The notes under the pieces: generated by a model
What the model was told of the DNA's origin: nothing
The model's database searches: none
The model's input: the letters and a program-made list of their open reading frames with translations, nothing else
Program-made: the position numbers and the translations under genes
Assembly: GCA_050699575.1 (NCBI GenBank)
Contig: JBOHFG010000101.1
Span: 13,589-77,588 of the forward strand
Source of the DNA: Pseudonocardiaceae bacterium
GTDB taxonomy: Bacteria > Actinomycetota > Actinomycetes > Mycobacteriales > Pseudonocardiaceae
Reading direction: 5' to 3'
DNA: 64,000 nucleotides
Shown here: positions 8,675 to 17,546 of the stretch, piece by piece
Position numbering within the stretch: the stretch's first letter is position 1
Layout: the number at the start of each line of letters is the position of its first letter

Positions 8675-9865
8675 TCAAGAACTCGTGGTAAGACGTGGGA
8701 GCGCAGTGACGAGCCGGTCGAGCTCGTCGTCGGTGTTGTAGTAGTGCACCGAGGCGCGGACCAGTTCGCGCAGGCCCCGGCGGGGCAGATCCAGGCGGGC
8801 GGAGCTGGCGGTGGAGACGCTGGTGTTCACCCCTGACTCGGCAAGACGACGCCGCACGTCCTGGGCGGGGACACCGTCGACGGTGAAGGTGACGATGCCG
8901 CAGCGGCGCTGGCCCTGATCATGTACGTGGACGCCATCGATGGCACGCAGCCGCTCCCGCAGATTTTCGGCGAGGGTGGTGACGCGTGCCTCGATGGCGC
9001 CCAGGCCCCAGGACAGGGCATAGTCGACGGCGACTCCTAGCCCGATCTTGCTGGCGTAGCTGGTCTCCCAGCTCTCAAAGCGCCGCGCGTCCGGACGGAT
9101 CACGTAGCGCTCCGGCGCGGTCCACGTTGCGGCGTGCAGGTCGAGGAACGGCGGCTCGAGACGGTCGAGGATCGAGCGGCGCGCGTAGAGGAAACCTGTA
9201 CCGCGTGGCCCGCGGAGAAACTTACGCCCGGTCGCGGAGAGCAGGTCACAGCCGATGCGCTGGACGTCGATGGGCAGCTGGCCCACTGACTGGCAGGCAT
9301 CGAGCAGGAACGGCACCCCGGCCTCACGGGCCAGCGCGCCGATCTCCTCGGCGGGGTTGACCAGGCCACCCTGCGTCGGCACGTGGGTGATCGCGATGAG
9401 CTTCACGGGGCCGCCGCCAGCGAGGCGACGGCGCAGGTCAGCGACGCAGAGCTGGCCGTGCTCGTCGTCGTCGACGACTTCCACGACCGCGCCGGTGCGG
9501 CGCGCGACCTGGAGGAAGGCGATGACGTTGCTGGCGTACTCGGCGTGGGCGGTGAGGATGCGGTCACCTGGCTGGAACGGCATCGCGTAGAAGGCCATAT
9601 CCCAGGCCCGGGTCGCGTTCTCCACGACCGCAACCTCGTCCATCTCGCAGCCGATCAACCGGGCGATCGCCGGGTAAACCGCCTGGATTTGCTCGGTGGC
9701 CGCTTCGGCAGCTTCGTAACCGCCGAACTCGGCTTCCCGGCGGAGGTGGGTGATGACTGCGTCGGTGACCTGTGCCGGCGGCAGCGCCGCGCCAGCATTG
9801 TTCAGGTGCGCTACCCGGGCGGTACCTGGAGTGTCGCGCCGGGCTTGGGCCACGTCGAAGACCAC
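8675..9865 (-). CDS. Class V aminotransferase-fold PLP-dependent enzyme (cysteine desulfurase/epimerase-like)
   Basis: 'HLNNAGAALPP', 'ITHVPTQGGLVNP', 'LLDACQSVGQLPIDV' and 'SATGRKFLRGPRGTGFLY' (PLP-lysine region). The proposed GTG start at 9865 overlaps the TAG stop of the upstream Hsp70-like gene (TAGTG). The 934-aa track ORF is an artefactual extension. Confidence 0.8.
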   Translation of the reverse strand: MVFDVAQARRDTPGTARVAHLNNAGAALPPAQVTDAVITHLRREAEFGGYEAAEAATEQIQAVYPAIARLIGCEMDEVAVVENATRAWDMAFYAMPFQPGDRILTAHAEYASNVIAFLQVARRTGAVVEVVDDDEHGQLCVADLRRRLAGGGPVKLIAITHVPTQGGLVNPAEEIGALAREAGVPFLLDACQSVGQLPIDVQRIGCDLLSATGRKFLRGPRGTGFLYARRSILDRLEPPFLDLHAATWTAPERYVIRPDARRFESWETSYASKIGLGVAVDYALSWGLGAIEARVTTLAENLRERLRAIDGVHVHDQGQRRCGIVTFTVDGVPAQDVRRRLAESGVNTSVSTASSARLDLPRRGLRELVRASVHYYNTDDELDRLVTALPRLTTSS

Positions 9866-11574
9866 TACGACAGCCCATCGCGCGCGCTCTGCACCCACTT
9901 CTTGTACGTCGTCGTCGGCGGGGGCGGTGCCGCGGGGGGAGGGGGTGTGGACCGGTTGGGGGTCCGGCCTTTGCTGGTGGGCCGGGGGGTTTGCGGTGCG
10001 GGCACCGTGGCGGCTTCGGGAGCGGTGCCGCCTGGAATAGCAGTGCCGTCGGCCGGTTGGTTCGGTGCGGGCGGCTGGTTCGGTGCGACGGTGGGGATCG
10101 TGGAGTCGGCTGCGGTGTTGTCTGGGTTGCGGGGGCTGTCGTCGTTGCCGAGGTTGGGTGTCACGGGTGCCGGGGTTGTCACGGGTGCCGCCGGTGCCGG
10201 AATTCTGGCGACGGCTGGGGTGCGGGAGCTGCTGTGGGAAATCACCAACGGCACGGACGCCGCGCCCCCGGCGAGGACCAGGACACCCGCTGCCGCGAAC
10301 TGCTTGAACCTGCGTGACGGGGCCCGGCGCTGCGGGACCTCGGCGACGTCGACGTGCCACGGGATGGCGGTCACGGATGGCAGGGGTGGGTCCGCGGTCC
10401 GGGCCGGTTCGGGGACGGCCGGCCTGCCGGCCCAGATCGTTGTCGGGATACCCGGTCTGACGTCCGCGCCGGCGGCGTCGATATCGGCAGCGTGGACAAT
10501 GTCGGCGGGTAGCCCGGACAGTGCAGCGCCGAGCGCGATCGCGGTGTGCGGCGCGGCGTCGACAGTGACCGGTCGGCCGAGCTCGGCTGAGACGAGTTGC
10601 GCCACGAGCGGTATCCGTGAGGACCCACCGATCAGCAGCACTTCCTCGAGGTCTGCCGGCCTGACGTCGGCGGATCGCAGCGCCCGGCGCAACGCCTCCA
10701 CGGTCTGGGCCACCTGTGGACGGATCAGGTCCTCGAACTCGGACCGGACCAGCCGCACCTGGGATTGGACCTCCGGCAGCAGTACCGGGATCGTCACCTC
10801 GGTGCTGGCCGAGAGGGCTTCTTTGGCCTCGGTGCACTCCCGCTGGCAGAGCGTGACGCTGCGCTGCACCCGATCGGTCGCCGCGAGCTCGCTCAACGCC
10901 GGGACTGCGGCGACGACGTGGCCAAACACCGCGTCGTCGAAGTCCGCGCCGCCCAGCCGTTCGATCCTTTCCGGGATACCGAGCACGGAGAACGTCCTGG
11001 CGCCGGTCTTGCGCACCACAGCCGCATCGAAGGTGCCGCCCCCGAGGTCGTAGACCGCGATGGTGGAGCCGGTGCCGATCCGCTCCCGGATCGAGTAGCT
11101 GGCTGCCGCCGCGTGCGGCTCGGTGCAGAACATGACCTCCGGCAGATCGGCCGCGCGCAGCGCATCCGCGACGGTCTGAATCTTGTCGGCGCTCCAGCCG
11201 GCCGGATGCGTGATCGTGATGCCCTGGGCGGGTCCGCCCTCGCGCTGCGCGACCCGGTCGACGACCCAGCCGACCACGCGTGCCGCGATCTCGGGTGCCG
11301 AATGCGGCACACCGCCGATCAGCATCGGAACCCCGTCGCCAAGACGTCGTGTGAGCCCGCGGACCACCCGATCGGGGTTGCGGACACTGTGCCGCTCCGC
11401 GGCCTCCCCGACGAGCACCTGACCGTCGAGACCCAGATAGACCACCGAGCTCACGGCAACAGACCGGCTGCCCAGCCACACCAACTCGGGAAGAGCGCGC
11501 CGCCCGGCATCCTCGCGGCAGATGGCCGCCGTGGTGAACGTGGTACCCATGTCAATTCCGAGCCAGTAGCCCAT
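9865..11574 (-). CDS. Hsp70/actin-fold ATPase domain protein with a single TM helix and a Pro/Thr-rich tail (no Hsp70 substrate-binding domain)
   Basis: Phosphate-1 'GIDMGTTFTTAA', phosphate-2 'VYDLGGGTFDAAVV' and adenosine motif 'LLIGGSSRIPLV'. These are followed by the hydrophobic stretch 'FAAAGVLVLAGGAASVPLVI' and a ~120-aa P/T/A-rich low-complexity region. Confidence 0.8.
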   Translation of the reverse strand: MGYWLGIDMGTTFTTAAICREDAGRRALPELVWLGSRSVAVSSVVYLGLDGQVLVGEAAERHSVRNPDRVVRGLTRRLGDGVPMLIGGVPHSAPEIAARVVGWVVDRVAQREGGPAQGITITHPAGWSADKIQTVADALRAADLPEVMFCTEPHAAAASYSIRERIGTGSTIAVYDLGGGTFDAAVVRKTGARTFSVLGIPERIERLGGADFDDAVFGHVVAAVPALSELAATDRVQRSVTLCQRECTEAKEALSASTEVTIPVLLPEVQSQVRLVRSEFEDLIRPQVAQTVEALRRALRSADVRPADLEEVLLIGGSSRIPLVAQLVSAELGRPVTVDAAPHTAIALGAALSGLPADIVHAADIDAAGADVRPGIPTTIWAGRPAVPEPARTADPPLPSVTAIPWHVDVAEVPQRRAPSRRFKQFAAAGVLVLAGGAASVPLVISHSSSRTPAVARIPAPAAPVTTPAPVTPNLGNDDSPRNPDNTAADSTIPTVAPNQPPAPNQPADGTAIPGGTAPEAATVPAPQTPRPTSKGRTPNRSTPPPPAAPPPPTTTYKKWVQSARDGLS

Positions 11575-11698
11575 CCAGTCCTGCCCCCATCCCTCGTGCT
11601 CCGATCCCAGCTGTGCTCACGCAGACCCGGCGCGCACGAGTATCGCCCATACCGTGCCCCCTTCGTGGTCCCACCCTGGCGAGGTCGTGCGGAAGGAG

Positions 11699-12829
11699 TC
11701 AGATCGCGACGATTCCTTGGCTGCCGGGCGCGAGGCCGCCGGGGTCGTCATCGGCGACACCGAAACCGCGCAGCGGGGTGAGGTCGCCACCGGTCTCGAT
11801 CCGGAAGGCGCTGATGGCCATCTTGTTGCAGATGACCGGGTTTGGGCTGGCCTCGCTGAAGCCGGCGGTAAGGACGTAGAGGAACTGATCGTTGCTGCTC
11901 ACGGCGCTGTCGAGGGCCGCATGGGAATCGCGCAGGACAGCGGAGTGGCCGTCTGAGCTCAACAGCGCTAACACCCCGTTACCGTCGATACGGTAGCCCG
12001 AGGTCGTGCCGCTCACCGCGTTCGACACGTAGGCGTAGCGGGGGTCAGTGACGCTGTTGGTCACCACCCAGCATGCGCCTCGCTCGGTCGTGCGTACCGA
12101 TCCGCTGATCACTTTGAGCACGCCGTTCTTGGCGACCCGGTAGGTGGACGTGGCGTTCGAGAGCTCGGCGACGATCAGGACGTCCGGACCGGCGAACGTG
12201 AGGGCGAACGGTGCCCTACCGTTGGAGTCGTTCTTTACCGGTGCGCCGGCGCGGCCGTACTCGTCGACGGGGAAGACGTCGATCACGTTGCCCCCGATCT
12301 CGGTCACGACGAGCTGAGTCCCCGCCGGGGTGAACCGGATCTGGCCGGGAGTTGCGGTGGTGCCGCCGATCAGGGTCTGTGCGGAGCCCACCACGGGGGA
12401 GAGCTTCCCGTTGTTGGCCACGGTGAATCCGGCGATCGTCCCTTCCACCTGGTTGACCACGTAGAGCAGGTTCTGGTGGACGGTCACGCTCACCGGGCGG
12501 GTGCCCCCAGAGGGGACCCGGTCGACCGGGACCAGCCTCGTGCCCTGGATGGCCAGCGACGAGACCTCGTTGCTGCCGGCATCGACCGCGAACAGGAAAC
12601 GATGATCACCGCTCAGGGTCAGAGATCCTTGCGAGGTCAACGGATCCGACTGACTCCCGGGGACGATGCTGTTTCCCGCGCCGAGACCTCCGGTCGGGAA
12701 TGTTCCCATCCGGGTGAGACCACCATCGGCTGCACGGTCGAAGACCGTCACGGAGTTGCCGGTGTCCTGGTTGCTCATGACGTACACCGCCCCCTGGTGG
12801 GTACTTCCGTGCTCGGCTGCTGCAACCAT
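11699..12829 (-). CDS. Lactonase-like 7-bladed beta-propeller family protein
   Basis: 376 aa with repeated 'xxVxVxxxGxxLYVxN'-type blades ('RPVSVTVHQNLLYVVNQ', 'RFLFAVDAGSNEVSS', 'DQFLYVLTAG'). Resembles the 6-phosphogluconolactonase/LVIVD-type propeller family. Confidence 0.6.
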   Translation of the reverse strand: MVAAAEHGSTHQGAVYVMSNQDTGNSVTVFDRAADGGLTRMGTFPTGGLGAGNSIVPGSQSDPLTSQGSLTLSGDHRFLFAVDAGSNEVSSLAIQGTRLVPVDRVPSGGTRPVSVTVHQNLLYVVNQVEGTIAGFTVANNGKLSPVVGSAQTLIGGTTATPGQIRFTPAGTQLVVTEIGGNVIDVFPVDEYGRAGAPVKNDSNGRAPFALTFAGPDVLIVAELSNATSTYRVAKNGVLKVISGSVRTTERGACWVVTNSVTDPRYAYVSNAVSGTTSGYRIDGNGVLALLSSDGHSAVLRDSHAALDSAVSSNDQFLYVLTAGFSEASPNPVICNKMAISAFRIETGGDLTPLRGFGVADDDPGGLAPGSQGIVAI

Positions 12830-13141
12830 CGCCAGCTCCTCGTCTCAAGTCAGGTGAACATCGAACTTCCCGGTGGTGGTGAGGTCCGATGTCTTCATGA
12901 GCTTCGTCGGGGCGGTGGTGATACCACGATGGCAGGAGCGCCGGCCAGCGTCGCTGATGGCGTGACCCGCGGGGCTAGGCTGCACCGCCTGTCTGATCAT
13001 CCACCGCACTGGAGGTAACGTCGGCATGATGAATGCTCACCAGAGCGAAGGGATGGCCTCGCAGGTCACCGCACTGGCGCCACGCCTGCTCGCCGGCCTC
13101 ACCGACACCGACACGACAGTCACCAACATCCAGGATTTGAC

Positions 13142-13597
13142 GTGACACTGCGGGTGCACAGCCCGATACCCAGGCGTGTGCTCCCGCTCAGCGAGGTCAC
13201 GGAACCGGTGTTCGCCCACGGCATGGTCGGCCCGGGGGTGGCCCTGGCCCCGGACCCCACGGTGGGTGCGGCGCTGTCCCCGGTGACCGGCACGGTGGTG
13301 ATGCTGCACCTGCACGCCGTCATCGTCACCACTCCCGGCGCCGCCGCCGTGCTGGTCCACCTGGGCATCGACACGGTCACGCTGCGGGGACAGGGCTTCA
13401 CCCCGCACGCGGTCACAGGGGACACCGTGTGCACCGGTCAACCGGTGATCAGCTGGGACTCGGCCGCGGTGACCGCCAGCGGACGGTCTGCGCTGTGCCC
13501 GGTGATCGCGCTGGACGTCACCACCACGCACCTGCTGCGGTGGCACCACCCAGGCCCGATCGCCGCAGGCGATCCGCTGTTCGAGTGGCGGCGCTGA
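13142..13597 (+). CDS. PTS glucose-family EIIA component (orphan)
   Basis: 'LSEVTEPVFAHGMVGPGVALAP', 'HAVIVTT' and 'VHLGIDTVTLRGQGF' match the EIIA-Glc (PTS_EIIA_1) His-containing motifs. No EIIB/C gene is adjacent. Confidence 0.75.
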   Translation: MTLRVHSPIPRRVLPLSEVTEPVFAHGMVGPGVALAPDPTVGAALSPVTGTVVMLHLHAVIVTTPGAAAVLVHLGIDTVTLRGQGFTPHAVTGDTVCTGQPVISWDSAAVTASGRSALCPVIALDVTTTHLLRWHHPGPIAAGDPLFEWRR

Positions 13598-13629
13598 GCC
13601 CGGTCCACACTGCTGGAGAAAGGCAGACG

Positions 13630-13728
13630 ATGCTCGTGCTCGACGGCAGCCCCGGCGCAGGGAAGACCACGCTGCTGGACCACCTGCTGGAATCGCGGCC
13701 CGAGCAACTGAACTCCGCGTCACGTTGA
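13630..13728 (+). pseudogene. 32-aa remnant of a P-loop kinase/ATPase (N-terminal Walker A only)
   Basis: 'MLVLDGSPGAGKTTLLDHLL' followed almost immediately by a stop. Too short to be a functional NTPase. Confidence 0.4.
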
Positions 13729-13802
13729 CAGCGCTCTAATGGTGATGGTTCACGTGCTGTCGTGGTGAATATGATCTTGAGAGATCTCGGTGTGGGACCC
13801 GG

Positions 13803-15194
13803 GTGTGGATGGCGCCGTGGTATGCCGAGGCGCTACGCGTGGTGTGGCTGGACACGGGCGTTCATGACGAGTGGTCCTCGCTACCTCAGAAGCTCCGGAG
13901 GGCGCGGGAGCGCACCGCCTCACCCACCTACCCCGACATGTGCCTGTCTCGGCAGGAACTCGCCGGGTTGGTCAACACCTGGGTGTGGGAGCACCACGAC
14001 GAGACGGTGACGGCCAGCGGAAGATGGGTTGGCAAACTCGAACGCGGCGACATTTGTTGGCCGGGTAAGCTATATCGGGCAGCCCTGCGGGAACTCCTGG
14101 GTGTCCCCACCGATGCCGCGTTAGGGTTCGTCAACGCTCGTGCTCTTCGTGCGGTGGTGAAATTGGACAACGTGGACAGTAACAAGGTCCTTCCAACCCG
14201 GCGGGAGCTGGGCGCGCTTGCCGCCCTGGGACCGATGATGGCGCTGCTGGAAGGCATCAAGCCCACGCCGACCCCCCGGCGGGTCGGTGCGACTGATATC
14301 GAGCAAACCCGCGCCGCCGCGCGGATGTTCCAGTCCTGGGTGCGCATCTACGGCGGCGGGGTGGCCCGGGATGCCGTGATGGGTCAGTTGCGCTGGTCGG
14401 TCGGCCTGTTCAGCGCCATCTGCCCGGCCCGGTTACGCCCCGAGCTGTTCTCCGCAGTCGGCGATCTCGCCCACATCGCCGGGCACATGGCCCTGGACGC
14501 CGGCGCCTATGAGGAGGCCCGTCAGATGTTCGGTGGCGCGCTGGCGTGCGCCGAGCAGGCCGGTGACTGGCATCTGCGGGCTAGTGTCCTGGACAGTCTG
14601 GCGTGGCAGGCGATTCAGACCGGGCAACCCGATGAGGGGCTCACTCAGGTCGAGCACGCCCTGGTCCGGGTCGATCGGCTCACCGCCACCGAGCTGACGG
14701 TGCTCCACGTAACCCGGGCCTGCACGCTGGCCAAGATGCGCCGGGTCAGTGAGACCCTGACTGCGGCCGGCACCGCCGAGGACCACTTCGCGCACTCCAC
14801 CCCCGCCAACGACCCGCCATTCCTGACCCACTACAACGCCGTCTTTCTCAGCGGGGGTAATGGGCAGGCCCTGTTCGACCTCGCGTTACTTGGCCACAAC
14901 GTCGAGCAGGCTACCGACCGGCTCACCGCGGCGGCCGCCGGGCACACCGACGGCCGTCCCCGGGCGATCTACCTGACCAAGCTGGCCAGTCTCACGATGG
15001 CTACCGGCGACCCGATCCAGGCCGCCACCATCGGCGCTGCGGCCTTGGACGCCGCCAGCACCATCCGCTCCCGCAGTGCCGCCGACGATCTCCGTGAACT
15101 GGCCCGCTACGCCACCGCACATGAGAACCTTGATGAGGTCGCGCACTTGCGGCACCGGATCAACACTCTGCTGGTGCGTGCCGACAGCCCGTAG
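13803..15194 (+). CDS. HTH (XRE-like) transcriptional regulator with C-terminal TPR-like helical repeats
   Basis: N-terminal 'LSRQELAGLVNTWV...VGKLERGDICWP...YRAALRELLGVPTDAALGF' resembles an XRE-type HTH. The C-terminal ~300 aa are helical repeats. A decayed paralogue lies at 41.2-42.5 kb. Confidence 0.7.
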   Translation: MWMAPWYAEALRVVWLDTGVHDEWSSLPQKLRRARERTASPTYPDMCLSRQELAGLVNTWVWEHHDETVTASGRWVGKLERGDICWPGKLYRAALRELLGVPTDAALGFVNARALRAVVKLDNVDSNKVLPTRRELGALAALGPMMALLEGIKPTPTPRRVGATDIEQTRAAARMFQSWVRIYGGGVARDAVMGQLRWSVGLFSAICPARLRPELFSAVGDLAHIAGHMALDAGAYEEARQMFGGALACAEQAGDWHLRASVLDSLAWQAIQTGQPDEGLTQVEHALVRVDRLTATELTVLHVTRACTLAKMRRVSETLTAAGTAEDHFAHSTPANDPPFLTHYNAVFLSGGNGQALFDLALLGHNVEQATDRLTAAAAGHTDGRPRAIYLTKLASLTMATGDPIQAATIGAAALDAASTIRSRSAADDLRELARYATAHENLDEVAHLRHRINTLLVRADSP

Positions 15195-15286
15195 ATAAGG
15201 GTGCGAATCCTCCTCCCATTCCGCCCTTGCCATGACCATGATCGTGTGATTCCCGTGGGTGCCTTGGAGCCCGGAGAATCACTGAA

Positions 15287-15332
15287 GGCGGTGGCCCCGC
15301 TTCTCGGGCGACACCCACGCGGGGCCGCCGCC
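15287..15332 (+). terminator. GC-rich hairpin (14-bp stem, 18-nt loop) downstream of the HTH-TPR gene; conserved in the duplicated copy
   Basis: ggcggtggccccgc / gcggggccgccgcc pair with one G-U. The same hairpin with a perfect stem occurs at 42655-42702, in the equivalent position. No U-tract. Confidence 0.4.
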
Positions 15333-15352
15333 TTCCACATGGCAGATCCGGA

Positions 15353-15805
15353 GTGAGGGGGAGTACGGCTGTGGACCACGATCACGTCCTACGGCAAGTG
15401 GGGCTGCGGGTGCCGGACCCGCTGTTCAGCACCACAATTCCGGCTGACCGCCAGCCACCCTGCCCTCCACCGCTTCCCCCTGGCGGTCAGCCGGATCCCC
15501 AGCACTCCGGCGACGGGGCCGGGCCGCTGCGGTGGGCACGCTGCCCCGATGGCGGGCGCCTGCACCTCCTGGCGCCCGCCGAGGTCGTGATCGCTGCCAC
15601 CAGGGGCCATGCCCAGGCGCTGTGCGGTCGCCCACTTGCCGCCGAAGGTCTGACCCTCGCTCAGGGCTCGGCGGAGCTGTGCATCGCCTGCCTCGCCGGG
15701 ATCACCCCCCACCAGCAACCCACCCACCCCGTGGCAGACCACCCGGCAGACCCCCGGCCCACCACCGGCGGTGACGACGTCTCCACCACACCGGGCGGTA
15801 GCTGA
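15353..15805 (+). CDS. Hypothetical Cys-containing small protein (first of four coupled ORFs)
   Basis: High GC3 in this frame. Contains 'ALCGRPL...ELCIACLAG'. Its stop overlaps the next start (TGATG at 15803-15807). The start is uncertain (GTG 15371 is possible). Confidence 0.45.
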   Translation: MRGSTAVDHDHVLRQVGLRVPDPLFSTTIPADRQPPCPPPLPPGGQPDPQHSGDGAGPLRWARCPDGGRLHLLAPAEVVIAATRGHAQALCGRPLAAEGLTLAQGSAELCIACLAGITPHQQPTHPVADHPADPRPTTGGDDVSTTPGGS

Positions 15806-16023
15806 TGCCTCCCCAGCGCAAGAGTTGGCGCGTCCGAAACCAGACGGGGTCGTCAGTTTTCCACGGGCAGATCAAGGGGAGAAGTACTGCTATGGACCAC
15901 ACCCGGCAGGGCCCCCCAGTGAGCCGAGCCTCGCTGCTGACGCTGACCGTGCCCCAGGACCACCGCGCTCCGGCGCGTTCCACGGCGCGACTCGTGCGGG
16001 TCTGCGTCGGGTCGAGCCACTGA
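15805..16023 (+). CDS. Hypothetical small protein (second coupled ORF)
   Basis: This frame has clearly higher GC3 than the overlapping 15771 frame over 15805-16020. Internal ATG at 15892 is an alternative start. Confidence 0.35.
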   Translation: MPPQRKSWRVRNQTGSSVFHGQIKGRSTAMDHTRQGPPVSRASLLTLTVPQDHRAPARSTARLVRVCVGSSH

Positions 16024-16049
16024 CCAGCGCGGAGCTGATCCGTGCCGGG

Positions 16050-16331
16050 GTGCGCCCGCAGCTGCTGGTGCTGTTGGCATTGCGCCGAGCATCCGGCGGT
16101 GGGGTGGCCACCTCAGGTGGTCACTACCTCGACCACGGCCGTCCGATGCCGAGCTATCTGACCGGGGCTTTCGAGGAGTTGGCTGATACGGAGTTGCTGG
16201 CGCTGGCCGAGGAGGACCCGTGGGGAATGCGGCGGGTCAGTCTCACCCCGTCGGGACACGCCCGACATGTGCAGCTGAGCGCCACGTCTGGGCGCGTGGC
16301 GCTGCAGCGGGGGAGGTGGGGTGATGGCTGA
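16050..16331 (+). CDS. Hypothetical small protein, possibly winged-helix-like (third coupled ORF)
   Basis: The 15771..16331 track ORF only looks coding (GC3) from about 16020 on, and the first in-frame start there is GTG 16050. It overlaps the next ORF by 8-11 nt. Confidence 0.4.
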   Translation: MRPQLLVLLALRRASGGGVATSGGHYLDHGRPMPSYLTGAFEELADTELLALAEEDPWGMRRVSLTPSGHARHVQLSATSGRVALQRGRWGDG

Positions 16332-16728
16332 GCGGCTCTGGAGTGGGCTGGACCCGGCGGTCGCGAACGGGCAGGCCTGCGTGGTCTGCGGTCGCAGCCT
16401 GCGGTTCCGCAGATCAGGATGGCTACCAGTGGGCCACTCACCCGCCGGGATGCCGGTGTTCGCCTGCGTCGGGAGCTGCGCGCAACATGTCGCGGCTACC
16501 CCCGCAGTAGTCCCGATACCAGATGACGCACTCACCGCGGGAGGCGTCGCGTTACTCGCGGTCCTGGACCGCGCCGGTGGCGACCCACATCGGGCCAACC
16601 CCGACGACCTGGTCGCCGAGACCGTGCGCGCCGCGACCGCGATCGTCGTGGCCGCCGAGCTACGCCGCATCATCGCCGAGCTGCGAACCCGCGCCGACGA
16701 ACTCGATCCCGCCGGCAGTAAACAGTGA
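16321..16728 (+). CDS. Hypothetical protein with a Cys-rich (zinc-ribbon-like) N-terminus (fourth coupled ORF)
   Basis: 'CVVCGRSL...FACVGSCAQH' followed by a helical C-terminal half. Coding-like GC3. Confidence 0.5.
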   Translation: MMAERLWSGLDPAVANGQACVVCGRSLRFRRSGWLPVGHSPAGMPVFACVGSCAQHVAATPAVVPIPDDALTAGGVALLAVLDRAGGDPHRANPDDLVAETVRAATAIVVAAELRRIIAELRTRADELDPAGSKQ

Positions 16729-16910
16729 TCACAAACAATGCGGAGCTGTGACAGGGGGCTGGCCCGATGACCCGACCGGAACCACCAGACCGCCTAGCAC
16801 TCTCACGAACTTGGGGATCGTGCGGGCTGGAAGTGTCCGCAGTGGGGGTGGGTCGCTGGTCGCTGGGCGGCCCGACCCGAAAGCGCGTCTGACCTCAGCT
16901 TAAAATAAGT

Positions 16911-17297
16911 TTAGTCCATCGTGATTTCGTTCCCGTTGGCTGGGCGGGTGACAATCGGAGTGGTGTCGCTACTTCCTACTGGCTGATTTTGGCCATTACG
17001 CACCAGTTTCAGCAGGATCTCATAGGGTCCAAGCGGGAACACGTGGACCTCGTCCACACCGAGGTTGTATGCGATCGTCTCGGCGTGCGCTTCGTAGTGT
17101 TTGGGGCTTTGGCCCGGCAGGATTTGGATGGTCAGCTGGTTCGGGGGCCGGCCTTCTATCTTGATCACCAGGGGGATGTGGAAGAGTTGGCCGCCGACAG
17201 GGCTGGCGCCGGGTTGGCTCAACCCGCACCCGACAAGAATATCCTGTACCTTCCAGGCGTAGCGCTGTTCGCTCGAAATCTGTGGGCGATTTCTCAT
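16911..17297 (-). CDS. Hypothetical protein in the low-GC islet; weak resemblance to the N-terminal region of FtsK/TraB-type transfer proteins
   Basis: The ATG at 17297 gives 128 aa ('...LFHIPLVIKIEGRPPNQLTIQILPGQSPKHYEAHAETIAYNLGVDEVHVFPLGPYEILLKL'). GC is clearly lower than the flanks. The functional call is pattern recall only. Confidence 0.4.
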   Translation of the reverse strand: MRNRPQISSEQRYAWKVQDILVGCGLSQPGASPVGGQLFHIPLVIKIEGRPPNQLTIQILPGQSPKHYEAHAETIAYNLGVDEVHVFPLGPYEILLKLVRNGQNQPVGSSDTTPIVTRPANGNEITMD

Positions 17298-17546
17298 GAC
17301 TTCTCCTGCTGCACCATGGTGTCTTGCAGGCGAAGGTTGCGTCCTCAAGGTGAACTGAAGATTTCCAGCAGTTGAGCAGGGGATTGCGATCAACCTTACA
17401 AGGAATGGCTTGTATGAGGTGAACCTGATTGATTGATGCGCCACGCCGTCGACCGGATTCGGGTTGAATCTGGCCGACGGAAACTACGTTTTCGCGTCCA
17501 GGAGTGGTCGATGTCTGGGCCCGCACCGCGTCGTCGCCTGCTGGTG

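Noticed and set aside
8675-11479. 934-aa minus-strand ORF in the supplied track
   Set aside because: Only its last ~397 codons look like a real protein (class V aminotransferase). The upstream ~540 codons are Arg/Pro/Gly-rich nonsense that overlaps, out of frame, the well-supported Hsp70-like gene (9865..11574). This is a high-GC open-frame artefact.
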